Made by a program: the position numbers and the translations under genes | NCBI GenBank assembly: GCA_963821435.1 | Contig: CAWGDR010000011.1 | Span: forward strand, 185,277 to 249,276 | DNA length: 64,000 nt | Origin: an uncultured Acidobacteriota bacterium | GTDB taxonomy: Bacteria > Acidobacteriota > Thermoanaerobaculia > UBA5066 | Reading direction: 5' to 3' | The notes under the pieces: generated by a model | Seen by the model: only the letters and a program-made list of their open reading frames with translations | What the model was told of the DNA's origin: nothing | The model's database searches: none | Part shown: positions 12,689-21,832 of the stretch, piece after piece | How the letters are laid out: each line of letters begins with the position of its first letter | How positions within the stretch are numbered: position 1 is the first letter of the stretch

Positions 12689-13836
12689 ATGACGCGCGTT
12701 CTCCGGATGGGGGCCGGGCTGGCGATCGTCCTCGTGGCGCTGTCGGTGGCCCACGTCGGGCTGAACCACGGCGGGAGGATCCGCGCGGCCACGGCGGCTC
12801 GCGGCGATCTCGCGGTCGGCCACCTCCCCGTGACGTGACATCTCACCTGTCCCGTCACCAGTTGGGTGACGACGCACTCGGAGAAGGGCTCGGTCTTCCA
12901 GTCGAAGCGCTACACGAACTTCTCGGCGATCACCGAGGACATGACGGCCGGGACCCTGAAGGCGTCGTTCATCCTGGCCCCGCTCGCGATGGTCCTGAAC
13001 CGGAAGGGGGTCCCGGTGAAGATCGTCCACCTCGGCCACCGCGACGGCACGACCTTCATGGTCCGGAGCGACTCGCCCTACCACTCCTTCGCGGACCTGA
13101 AGGGAAAGCGGATCGCGATCCCGCACCGCTATTCGAACCAGCGGATCCTCGTGGAGCGGCTGAAGGACCGGTTCGGCTTCGGCCCCGACGACGTCACGCT
13201 CGTCGACTACCCGCCGCCCGAGATGCCGGCGGCGCTGAAGACGGGGCAGATCGACGCCTACGTCGTCGGCGAGCCGATGGCCGCGAAGGCCGAGATGGAC
13301 GGGTTCGGGCGCGTTCTCTACTTCACGAAGGACATCTGGCCGGACTTCATCTCGTGCGTCCTCGCCGTCCACGAGGACCTGATCCGGACGAACCGCCCGC
13401 TCGTCCAGGAGCTCGTGAACGGCATCGGCGCCTCGGGCGAATGGATCGACGCCCCCGGGGAGGACCTCGCGAGCGGCGTCGTCGTGGAGCGGACGCCCCG
13501 GTCCCGGGGACGCCGGGGCGGGAGCTGCTGACGATCCTGAAGGACGGCTTCGGGAGGACGCACCGGATGCAGGCGGCGGCGATCGCCGCCCGCCGCGAGT
13601 ACTACGCGCAGGACCCCGACCTCCTGAAGTTCGTCCTCTCGAATCCCCCCGATCGCGTCCGCTATTCGAATCTCCTCCCGGCCCGCAAGGACTTCGAGGA
13701 GATCCAGCGCTACGCGGAGAAGCTCGGCTACTTCTCGTTCCGGCCGGTGACGTCGGAGGACCCGTTCGGCTTCGACGACTACTGCGACCCGTCCTTCGCG
13801 GTCGAGCGCCTGAAGCGGAAGGAGGCCGCGAAGTGA
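12689..13836 (+). CDS. NitT/TauT (NMT1/SsuA-like) ABC transporter substrate-binding protein; contains in-frame TGA at 12836-12838 and one frameshift near 13490
   Basis: Signal/TM MTRVLRMGAGLAIVLVALSVA, then VGHLPVT-TGA-HLTCPVTSWVTTHSEKG continuing in the same frame into KVVHLGHRDGTT...KGKRIAIPHRYSNQRILVERL...QIDAYVVGEPMAAKAE. The C-terminus in another frame ends [10 protein letters not shown]. Confidence 0.7.
12853..12871 (+). other. candidate SECIS-like hairpin downstream of in-frame UGA
   Basis: A perfect 7-bp stem, cgtcacc (12853-12859) paired with ggtgacg (12865-12871), has a 5-nt loop AGUUG that contains GU. The stem starts 14 nt after the UGA at 12836-12838. Confidence 0.3.
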
Positions 13837-14610
13837 CGACGCTCCGCCGGCTCCTCCGGCCGTTCCTCGGCCTCGCCCTCTTTCTCCTCTTCTGGCAGCT
13901 CGTCACGCTCGGCAACAAGCGGACCGACGTCCCGGGCCCCTACCTGACGTGGATGGGGCTCCGGGAGCTCCTCGTCCAGGGAGTCCTCCTCCGGAACGTC
14001 GTCGCCTCGGTCTTCCGGGTCGCGTGGGGCTTCTCGCTGGCGGCGGTCGTCGGCATCCCGCTCGGGATCGCCCTCGGCCGCTTCCCGTACCTCAACCAGC
14101 TCTTCAACCCGCCGGTCCAGCTCCTCCGCCCGATCTCGCCGATCGCCTGGCTCCCGATCGCGACGCTGATCTTCGGCCCGGCGCGCTGGTTCGACCCGAG
14201 CGACCTCGCGGCGATCTTCCTGATCTTCCTCTCGTCGTTCTTCACGATCACGACGGCGACGGCGTCCGCGGTCGCCTCGATCGACCGGAAGTACCTCCGG
14301 TCGGCGCGGAACTTCGGCGTCACCGGCCTCGCCGCTCGCGACGAAGGTCCTCTTCCCGGCGGCGCTGCCGCAGATCCTGACGGGCCTCCGCCTCGCGCTC
14401 GGCATCTCCTGGGTCGTCGTCGTGGCGGCGGAGATGCTGGGCGTCTCGTCCGGCCTCGGCTTCCAGGTGAACGACGCGCGGAACAACCTCCGCTACGACC
14501 TCGTCGTCGCCGCGATGGTCGTCATCGGGCTCATCGGGATCGGCCTCGACGCCCTGATGCGCGGCCTCGAGCGCCTCGAGCTCAGGCGCCGCGGCGCGGG
14601 GCGGGCGTGA
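13833..14610 (+). CDS. NitT/TauT-family ABC transporter permease (one frameshift near 14330)
   Basis: [11 protein letters not shown]..., [23 protein letters not shown] and [18 protein letters not shown]. The second frame continues [31 protein letters not shown]...[12 protein letters not shown]. The start overlaps the upstream SBP stop. Confidence 0.8.
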
Positions 14611-14635
14611 GCGCCGCCGCCCGAAGATCCGCGTC

Positions 14636-15369
14636 GTGGGCGTCTCGAAGTCCTTCCGCAAGGGGAAGGAGACGGTCGACGTGCTCTCCGGCATCGACCT
14701 CGACGTCGCGGCCGAGGAGTTCCTCGCCATCGTCGGGCCGTCGGGGTGCGGCAAGTCGACGCTCCTGAACTGCATCGCCGGTTTCGAGGAGCCGACGTCG
14801 GGGACGGATCGAGATCGACGGCGAGCGCGTGACGCGCCCCTCGAAGAAGCGGGTCTTCGTCTTCCAGGAGACCGGCATCTTCCCGTGGCTCCCGGTGCGC
14901 GACAACATCGGCTTCGGGCTCGCGGGACCGGACCGAGCGCGAACGGCGCGAGATCGTCGCGCGGTACGTGGCGCTCGTCGGCCTCGAGGGCTTCGAGAAG
15001 GCCTATCCGGCCGAGCTCTCGGGCGGAATGAAGCAGCGCGTCGAGTTCGCGCGGGCGCTCGCGGTCGACTCGGACGTCCTCTACCTGGACGAGCCGTTCG
15101 GCGCCCTCGACGCCTTCACGCGCCTCGAGATGCGGCGCGAGATCTCGCGGATCTGGAAGGAGACCCGGAAGACCTGTCTCCTCGTGACGCACGACGTGGA
15201 GGAGGCGCTGGAGCTGGCGGGGCGGGTCGCGGTCATGACGCGGCGCCCCGCGACGCTGGCGACGATCCTCGAGAACCCGCTCCCGCGCCCCCGCGACCCG
15301 GGGGCCCTGGAGTTCCGGGCGCTCAAGGACCGGATCTTCGAGATACTCGGCGTCGAGCGAAAGGTATGA
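14636..15369 (+). CDS. NitT/TauT-family ABC transporter ATP-binding protein (2 frameshifts, near 14800 and 14930)
   Basis: Walker [11 protein letters not shown]-loop [11 protein letters not shown], signature [15 protein letters not shown], Walker [13 protein letters not shown] and H-loop [10 protein letters not shown], spread over three frames. Confidence 0.8.
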
Positions 15370-15782
15370 AGCTCCGGAACCTCCTCGTCTCCGCGCTCGT
15401 TCCGCGGGACGCTCCTCGCCCAGCAGGTCGACCCGGGGCCGAAGGCGACGCCTCCCGTCGGAGTCGTCGTGCCGGCGGAGCAGAAAGCCGTCGTGCCGTC
15501 GTTTCCGAACGAGGAGAACCGGACGATCGACCTGAACGCCCCGCGGCCCGTCCCGACGAAACCGCCCGAGCCGGGACCCGTCGTCGGCCGACGCGCCGGC
15601 CCCCGGCGTTTCGGTCGCTCCGGCCCCGGCGGTCACGGGCTCCCCGCGCTCCGGGGTCTCGAAGAAGAAGGCGACCTCGAGGACGGCGACGGCGCCGAAG
15701 GCTCCGAAGAAGACGAAGAAGGAAGCCCGTCAAGAGCTCGATCGGGCCCGACGGGCAGGTCGTCCTCTCGAACGAGCGCTGA
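15366..15782 (+). CDS. hypothetical small secreted, Lys/Pro-rich protein (frame uncertain)
   Basis: ATG overlaps the ATPase stop. [11 protein letters not shown] looks like a signal peptide, and later pieces (VVPAEQKAVVPSFPNEENRTIDLNAPRPVPTKPPEPGP, KPVKSSIGPDGQVVLSNER) lie in different frames. Confidence 0.25.
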   Translation: MKLRNLLVSALVPRDAPRPAGRPGAEGDASRRSRRAGGAESRRAVVSERGEPDDRPERPAARPDETARAGTRRRPTRRPPAFRSLRPRRSRAPRAPGSRRRRRPRGRRRRRRLRRRRRRKPVKSSIGPDGQVVLSNER

Positions 15783-15806
15783 GCGCCGCGGGGTAGGCTT
15801 CGGCGC

Positions 15807-16500
15807 GTGATCCTCTTCGAGTCCGCGGAGGTCCTCGCGCTCGACAAGCCGGCCGGCGTTTCGATGGCGACCTCGTCGAAAGCGGGGAAGTCCGAGGCCG
15901 AGGTGATCGGGCGGCTGCTTTCGGCCTGCGACGCGCGAAACCCCGGGCCCGCTCCGACTCGTCCACCGGCTGGACGCGGGGACGTCCGGCCTCGTCCTCC
16001 TCGCGAAGAGCGCGGAAGCGCACCGCGCCCTCTCGCTCGCCTTCCAGGAGCGGCGCGCCGCGAAAACGTACCGCGCGCTCGTCTGGGGGCATCCCGTGCC
16101 GGCCGCGGGGGTCCTCGACGCCCCGCTCGCGCGGGACCCGGCGGACGGCCGGAAGATGCGCGCGGCCGGGGCGGGGAAGCGCGCCGTCACGCGCTACCGG
16201 ACGCTCCGCCGCCACCCCTCCGTCGCCGACCTCGAGCTCGAGCCCGAGACGGGGAGAACGCATCAGATCCGCGTCCACCTCGCGGCCAAGGGGCACCCGA
16301 TCGTCGGGGACGACCTCTACGGCGGGGCGACCCGCTGGAAGGGGGTCCGCGACGTGGCGCTGCGCGAGGCGCTTCGGTCGGTCGAGCGCCCGCTCCTCCA
16401 CGCCCTCCGGATCGCGATCCCGGAGCTCGGCCTCGACGTCGAGGCGCCGCTGCCGGCGGACTTCGCGCCTGCTGAAATCGCGGCTCGACGGCTGACGGCG
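15807..16500 (+). CDS. RluA-family pseudouridine synthase (one frameshift near 15960; 3' end uncertain)
   Basis: ILFESAEVLALDKPAGV, then in the next frame RLVHRLDAGTSGLVLLAKS (catalytic HRLD), KTYRALVWG and ETGRTHQIRVHLAAKGHPIVGDDLYG. There is no in-frame stop before it runs into the convergent kinase gene. Confidence 0.75.
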
Positions 16501-16517
16501 GAGCGGCGTCCGGCGGC

Positions 16518-17669
16518 TCAGGAGAGGAGCCAGACGCCGACGGCGCCGAGCGCGAGGAGCGCGGCGACCGCGGCCCCGATCCGGGCCGCGGCGCGGGAGA
16601 CGGCGGGACGGGAAGACGCTCGGCCGGCGCGGTGCGGGGCGTCCGCAGATCGGCGCCCGCGGGATCCGTGGCGGGGCGCGGCGGTAGAGCGGCGGCCGGG
16701 GCGCCGACGTTCGGCGACCGCGGCGGCCACGGCGCGCATCTCGGCCGCGCTCACGCGCCGAGCCATCCCGAGGAGCTTGTCGGTCCGGCTGACGCTCCCC
16801 AGCTCGCGCCGGGCCACCATCAGGTCGAGGAGCATCTGCGCCGCGCTGCCGTAGCGCTCGGACGCGTCCTTCTTCAGGGCCCTCGCGAGGATCTGGCGCA
16901 GGACCTCCGGGATCGGGGCCGATTCGGGGATGACGTGCGCCTCCTGGGTCATCATCCGGGCCACCATCTGGGTCACGCTCGCGCTCGCGAACGGATGGGT
17001 CCCGACGAGCATCTGGTAGAAGACGATCCCGAACGAGAAGAGGTCGGATCGCTCGTCCAGCGGGTTGCCGAGCGCCTGCTCCGGGCTCAGGTAGTCGAGC
17101 GTTCCGACGATCATCCCCTCGCCGGTCTGGCGGGGCGAGGCGGCGGAGTCCTTCGCCCCCTCCATCATCAGCTTGGAGAGGCCGAAGTCGAGGATCTTCA
17201 CGCGCCCGTCGGGCGCGATCATGATGTTGGCCGGCGTCACGTCCCGGTGGAGGATGCGCCGCTGGTGCGCGGCCTTCAGCCCCTCGAGCGACTGGATGCC
17301 GATGTCGAGGCACTCGTCGAGCGTCAGCCGCCGCTTCTCCATGATCTCGTCGACCGCGAGCCCCTCGAGGTACTCGAGGACGAGGTAGAGGATCCCCTTG
17401 GCGAAGCCGACGTCGCGCTCGTCCGTGACGCCGACGTCGTGGATCGTGATGACGTTCGGGTGATTCAGGCCCGCGACGGCGCGCGCCTCGTTCATGAACC
17501 GGCCGCGCATTTTCGCGTCGTTCGCGAGCGCGACGGGGAGGATCTTGATGGCCACCTGGCGGCCGAGCGCCGGGTCGGCGCAGAGATAAACCTCTCCCAT
17601 CCCGCCGCGCCCGAGGAGGCGACGGACCTGATAGCGGCCGATGCTCGTCGGCAGCGTCTCGGAGTTCAT
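16518..17669 (-). CDS. Ser/Thr protein kinase (Hanks-type) with C-terminal TM anchor
   Basis: Intact 383-aa ORF. Motifs: GRGGMGEVY, VAIK, catalytic loop HRDVTPANIM (V-T replaces the usual L-K), DFG and SPEQ. C-terminal hydrophobic tail IGAAVAALLALGAVGVWLL. Confidence 0.85.
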   Translation of the reverse strand: MNSETLPTSIGRYQVRRLLGRGGMGEVYLCADPALGRQVAIKILPVALANDAKMRGRFMNEARAVAGLNHPNVITIHDVGVTDERDVGFAKGILYLVLEYLEGLAVDEIMEKRRLTLDECLDIGIQSLEGLKAAHQRRILHRDVTPANIMIAPDGRVKILDFGLSKLMMEGAKDSAASPRQTGEGMIVGTLDYLSPEQALGNPLDERSDLFSFGIVFYQMLVGTHPFASASVTQMVARMMTQEAHVIPESAPIPEVLRQILARALKKDASERYGSAAQMLLDLMVARRELGSVSRTDKLLGMARRVSAAEMRAVAAAVAERRRPGRRSTAAPRHGSRGRRSADAPHRAGRASSRPAVSRAAARIGAAVAALLALGAVGVWLLS

Positions 17670-17726
17670 CCGGCGTGTTCAGTATAGGGGCCGCCGAGCG
17701 CCCCGTCGGCGCCCAGACGACCGGAA

Positions 17727-18317
17727 TCACACCTTTTCGGCGACCCGGATCTCGAGCTGGTACTTGTCGCCCTCGCTGTGGCGCGCGACGGGGCACCCGG
17801 ATTTCTCGAAGACGCGGAGCATCCCCGTGTTCGTCGTCAGCACCTCCGCGTCGAAGACGGCGACGCCGTTTTCGCGCGCGATCGACGCGAGCCTGGCGAA
17901 GAGGATCGAACCGATTCCCTTCCCCTGGAGCGCGTCGGCGACCGTGAACGCGACCTCGGCGTGGTCCGGCCGCGCGGCGTTTCGGTGATAGCGGGCGACG
18001 GCCACGATCTCTCCGTCCTTGAGCGCGACGACCGCGAACTGGTCGTGATAGTCGACGTGCGCGAGGTAGTCGGCCTTCGTGGCGTCCTTGGCGGGGACGG
18101 CGAAGAAGCGCTGGTAGAGGCTCTCGTTCGAGAGCCGGTCGTAAAGGCGGAGGAGGGCGGGACCCTCGTCCGGTCGGATCGGGCGGAGGTGAAGGGACGT
18201 GCCGTCCTTCAGCGTCACGTCGCTCTCGTAGCCCTCCGGGAACGGCGCCTGCGGCTTCGCCAGGTGCTGCTGCTCCTCCTCCTTGGAGGGGATCCGCCGG
18301 ATGATGCCGCTTCCCAC
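17727..18317 (-). CDS. GNAT family N-acetyltransferase
   Basis: Intact 196-aa ORF. LRPIRPDE...LYQRFF... and the acetyl-CoA motif QGKGIGSILF. It resembles the stand-alone GNAT domain of Pat-type protein acetyltransferases. Confidence 0.75.
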   Translation of the reverse strand: MGSGIIRRIPSKEEEQQHLAKPQAPFPEGYESDVTLKDGTSLHLRPIRPDEGPALLRLYDRLSNESLYQRFFAVPAKDATKADYLAHVDYHDQFAVVALKDGEIVAVARYHRNAARPDHAEVAFTVADALQGKGIGSILFARLASIARENGVAVFDAEVLTTNTGMLRVFEKSGCPVARHSEGDKYQLEIRVAEKV

Positions 18318-18368
18318 GAGTCGGACGATACCGCTTGGCCGTACGGAGCGCGACGGAGCCGCCGGGCG

Positions 18369-19886
18369 CTAGCCGGCGGGGCCGTGCCCGTGGCCGCCGG
18401 GCAGCCGCCCCGTGAGCTCGACGAGGCGGCGGATCCGGGCCGCCGATGCCTCGGAGAACTGCGCCGGGCGGGCCCTCCACGACCAGTTCGCCTCGGCGCG
18501 ACCCGGCACGTTCATCCGCGCCTCGCTCCCGAGGCCCGCCACGTCCTGCAGCGGGACGATCGCGCGGTCGGCGACGGAGGCGAAGGCCGCTCGGATGAGG
18601 TCCCAGGAGATGTCGGCGCCCGTCGTCCCGAGATAGTCGGCAACCCGGCTCCGCGACTCCCCGTCGAGCGTCTCCCACCAGCCGCGCGTCGTATCGTTGT
18701 CGTGGGTCCCGGTGTAGACGACGGCGTTCGGGACGAGGTTGTGGGGGAGGTAGAGGCTGTCGGGCTCGCCGAACGCGAACTGGAGGACCTTCATGCCCGG
18801 GAAGCCCGTCGCCCGGAGGAGCTCCCGGACGTCGTCGTCGATCGAGCCGAGGTCCTCCGCGATGATCGGCTTGTCGCCCAGCGCGCGGTGGATCGCGCGG
18901 AAAAGGGCGTCGCCCGGGGCGGAGACCCACCGCCCGTTCAGCGCCGTCGGCTCCCCGGCCTTCACCTCCCAGTACGCGGCGAAGCCCCGGAAGTGGTCGA
19001 TCCGGACGACGTCGGCGAGCCGGAAATTGTGGCGGAGCCGCTCGATCCACCATCGAAAACCGTCGTCCGCGAGGACGTCCCACCGGTAGAGCGGGTTTCC
19101 CCAGAGCTGGCCCGTCGGGCTGAAGTAGTCCGGCGGCACGCCGGCTACGGTCTCGCGCCGTCCGTCCGCGTCCACCGTGAAGAAGCGCCGGTTCGCCCAG
19201 ACGTCGGCGCTGCCGAACGCGACGTAGATCGGGACGTCCCCGACGATCCGGATCCCGCGGCGATTCGCCTCGCGCTTGACGCGCTCCCACTGCCCGAAGA
19301 AAAGCCATTGGCGGTAGGCGCGAAACTCGATCTCCGGCGCCAGCTCGCGCCGCGCGGCCTCGAGGGCGGCGGCGTCCCGTTCGACGATGTCGCGGGGCCA
19401 GGAGGGCCACGAGATCTCCCGGTTCCGGCCGACGAGCGCCGCGAAGAGAGTCCAGTCGGAGAGCCAGTCCCTCTGCTCCGGATGATCGGCGAAGGCCCGG
19501 AGCTCCTCGCGAAGGGAGCGGCGGTGTGCGAGGACGTGCTGCCAGGAGGCCCAGAGAAGATTCCGCTTCCACGTGATGATCGGCCCGTAGTCGACGTGGT
19601 CGTCCGGGAAGCGCGGCGCCCCTTCGAGCTGTCCGGCGTCGAGGAGGCCATCCACGACGAGCTGCTCCGGCGAGATCAGGAGCGAGTTGCCGGCGAAGGC
19701 CGAGAGGCATCCGTACGGAGAGTTCCAGTAGCCGGTCGGCCCGACGGGCATCGTCTGCCAGAGCGTGAGGCCCGCCGACGCCATCCAGTCCAGCACCCGG
19801 TCGGTGGACGGGCCGAGGTCCCCCACGCCGAAGCGCGACGGCAGGGACGTCGGATGCAGAAGGAGGCCCGCCGCCCGCGTCGACAT
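18369..19886 (-). CDS. malQ: 4-alpha-glucanotransferase (amylomaltase, GH77)
   Basis: 505 aa from the ATG at 19886. Motifs: GLLLHPTSLPS, GVGDLG, WGNPLYRW, VRIDHFRGF, IIAEDLG and YTGTHDNDT. The longer listed ORF (to 20765) is an Arg/Pro-rich upstream artefact. Confidence 0.9.
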   Translation of the reverse strand: MSTRAAGLLLHPTSLPSRFGVGDLGPSTDRVLDWMASAGLTLWQTMPVGPTGYWNSPYGCLSAFAGNSLLISPEQLVVDGLLDAGQLEGAPRFPDDHVDYGPIITWKRNLLWASWQHVLAHRRSLREELRAFADHPEQRDWLSDWTLFAALVGRNREISWPSWPRDIVERDAAALEAARRELAPEIEFRAYRQWLFFGQWERVKREANRRGIRIVGDVPIYVAFGSADVWANRRFFTVDADGRRETVAGVPPDYFSPTGQLWGNPLYRWDVLADDGFRWWIERLRHNFRLADVVRIDHFRGFAAYWEVKAGEPTALNGRWVSAPGDALFRAIHRALGDKPIIAEDLGSIDDDVRELLRATGFPGMKVLQFAFGEPDSLYLPHNLVPNAVVYTGTHDNDTTRGWWETLDGESRSRVADYLGTTGADISWDLIRAAFASVADRAIVPLQDVAGLGSEARMNVPGRAEANWSWRARPAQFSEASAARIRRLVELTGRLPGGHGHGPAG

Positions 19887-19936
19887 GCGCGGATGGTAGA
19901 CGAAGAGCGCCGCGCCGCAGTCTAGAATCCTCGGCG

Positions 19937-21832
19937 GTGGGAGCGAGTCGCCGGGCGTCTCTGGCCCTCGGGGCCGTCGTCCTCGCCGCAGCCTTCCTCC
20001 TCCGGATCGCGAACCTCGACGTCGCCTTCCTCGGCGGCGTGCCGCTCCTCTCCCCGTTCGACGACCTCTATCAGGCGAAGCGGATCGTCTACTCGGCGCG
20101 GCACTTCCCGGCGGTCCTCGATTTCGATCCTGACCGCGGGACGTCCGGAGCGTTCTGCCCCTGGCCCCCTCTCTACCCGCTCGCCGCCGGGGGCCTCGCC
20201 GCGCTTCTCGGCGGCCGTTCGACGGCGGAGATCCTGACGCGGGCCGCCTGGATCCCGCCCGTTTTCTCGTCGCTGGTCCTGGGACTCCTGGCCGCGGTCC
20301 TCGCCCGGAGGCTCGGATGGCTGGCGGGGGCCGCCGGAGGCGTCGCCGTGGCGGCGTCGATCCCCCTCGTCGAGAGCTCCCGGATCGGCGCGATCGACCA
20401 CCACTTCCTGGAGTCGGCCCTTCTCCTCGGGGTGCTCGGGGCCACCCTCCGGATCGTCGCCAGAGGGCGCCGACATCGGCCTTTCGTCGACGGGCTGCTC
20501 CTGGGGCTCGCGCTCGTCGCGGCTCTCTTCGTCCAGACCGGCCTCCTGCCGGCGGCCGCGCTCTCGTTCGTCCCGATCTTCTTCTTTTTCGGCGACGACG
20601 CGGCGCTCCGCTCGGGGGCGACGGGATTCGGCGTGGCGGGCGCCGCGGTGGCCCTCCACCTCCTCGGTCGGCAGGAGGGAAGCCCGCCGGACGTCTGGTT
20701 CCTGGGCCTGCCTCACCTCGCGGCTCTCCTCGGGGCGGCGGTCGCGTGCGCCGTTCGCCTCGCACTCCGACGGCGCTGGAGCGATCGGTCGGCGTCGCTC
20801 GTCGCGCTGGCCGGCGGAGGCGGGGTCGCCCTGTCGCTTCCGGACGTTTCGTGGGCCTGGTTCGGCGGGGCGGCGTTCTTCGGCCGTTCGTCCTGGCTCG
20901 ACACGATCGCGGAGTTCCAGCCTCTCTTCACGGGCGGCCCCGGAAGCGTGAACCTCGACGTCCTGAGGCTGGGTGGCGCGGCGTTCCTGGTCGTTCCGCT
21001 CGTCCTTCTCGCGCTTCGAACCCCCTCCCGCACCCTCCGGACGGTCGCGCTCTTCTCGGCGGCGTACCTCGTCGTGGCCCTGAGAAGCCAGCGATTCCTC
21101 ATTCCGGCCGCCCCTCTCCTCGCCGTCGCCGCGGCGCTCGTCGTGAGCCACGAGCTCCAGGCCGGGCGGCGGCTCGTGGCCGCGGCCTGCGCGGCCCTCG
21201 TCGTCGCCGTTGCGGCTCTCGGCCTCCCCGTCCTCGTCCCGTCGCCGTCGGCGATCCGGACGATCTGGCTGCCGCCCATCCGGGCGGCGCACTGGCTGAA
21301 ACAGGCCGGGGGACGCCCCGGTCACCTGCTCGGCCCCTGGTCGTGGGGGCACCTCTTCGACGTCATGGGAGAGCGTCCGGTTCTCGTCGACAACTTCGGC
21401 CCCTTGATCGAGAGCGTCGGGGGCCGTGCCGCCGTCGCGGCGCCCCTTCTCCCGGGCGAAGAGCGCCTCGCGACGTTCTGCCGCCGGACGGGCGTCCGCT
21501 TCGTCGCGCTCGAGAACCCGCTCCGGACGCTTTCCGCGGCCGTCGTGACCGTCGGACAGGACCCCTCGGCCTACCTCCGCCCCGGCGCGGCGGCCGACCG
21601 GCCGCCAACCTTCACGCGGCTCTCCCAGGCGAGCTTCTGGTGGCGGGCGTACTTCGACGGCGGCAGGGCCCGTCCCGAGGCGGGGCGCTGGGGCCGCCCC
21701 TTCCGTTCGTTCCGCCTCGTGTGGGCCGACAAGGAGGGCTCCGGCGACCCGGCGCCGTATTCGGGACCCGCCATGCAGATCTGGGAGTTCGTTCCCGAAG
21801 GCGTCCCCGGCGACGCCCCGGGCCGGTCCTAG
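19937..21832 (+). CDS. GT-C fold integral membrane glycosyltransferase, STT3/AglB-like
   Basis: Intact 631-aa ORF with more than 10 TM helices. The first loop, SPFDDLYQAKR, resembles the STT3 DxD/FDPYF..R loop. After the last TM, GPWSWGHLFDVMGERPVLVDNF resembles the WWDYG catalytic motif. A soluble C-terminal domain follows. Confidence 0.5.
   Translation: MGASRRASLALGAVVLAAAFLLRIANLDVAFLGGVPLLSPFDDLYQAKRIVYSARHFPAVLDFDPDRGTSGAFCPWPPLYPLAAGGLAALLGGRSTAEILTRAAWIPPVFSSLVLGLLAAVLARRLGWLAGAAGGVAVAASIPLVESSRIGAIDHHFLESALLLGVLGATLRIVARGRRHRPFVDGLLLGLALVAALFVQTGLLPAAALSFVPIFFFFGDDAALRSGATGFGVAGAAVALHLLGRQEGSPPDVWFLGLPHLAALLGAAVACAVRLALRRRWSDRSASLVALAGGGGVALSLPDVSWAWFGGAAFFGRSSWLDTIAEFQPLFTGGPGSVNLDVLRLGGAAFLVVPLVLLALRTPSRTLRTVALFSAAYLVVALRSQRFLIPAAPLLAVAAALVVSHELQAGRRLVAAACAALVVAVAALGLPVLVPSPSAIRTIWLPPIRAAHWLKQAGGRPGHLLGPWSWGHLFDVMGERPVLVDNFGPLIESVGGRAAVAAPLLPGEERLATFCRRTGVRFVALENPLRTLSAAVVTVGQDPSAYLRPGAAADRPPTFTRLSQASFWWRAYFDGGRARPEAGRWGRPFRSFRLVWADKEGSGDPAPYSGPAMQIWEFVPEGVPGDAPGRS

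Noticed and set aside
16475-16854. Long C-terminal extension of RluA overlapping the convergent kinase gene.
   Set aside because: The extension is Ala/Arg/Pro-rich and antisense to the well-supported kinase C-terminus. It is most likely read-through caused by a missed stop or an indel near 16470-16520.
15730-19710. Very long antisense or out-of-frame ORFs. Examples: 15730-19710 (-, 1326 aa), 25498-28935 (-, 1145 aa), 45998-49957 (-, 1319 aa), 38086-41409 (-, 1107 aa), 32177-34927 (-), 32977-36213 and 35223-39317 (+).
   Set aside because: Their translations are Arg/Pro/Gly/Ala-rich low-complexity strings with no recognisable motifs. They overlap frames that encode clearly recognisable proteins (MalQ, CusA, PilY1, PilT and others). 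In 70% GC DNA, stop-poor alternative frames are expected.
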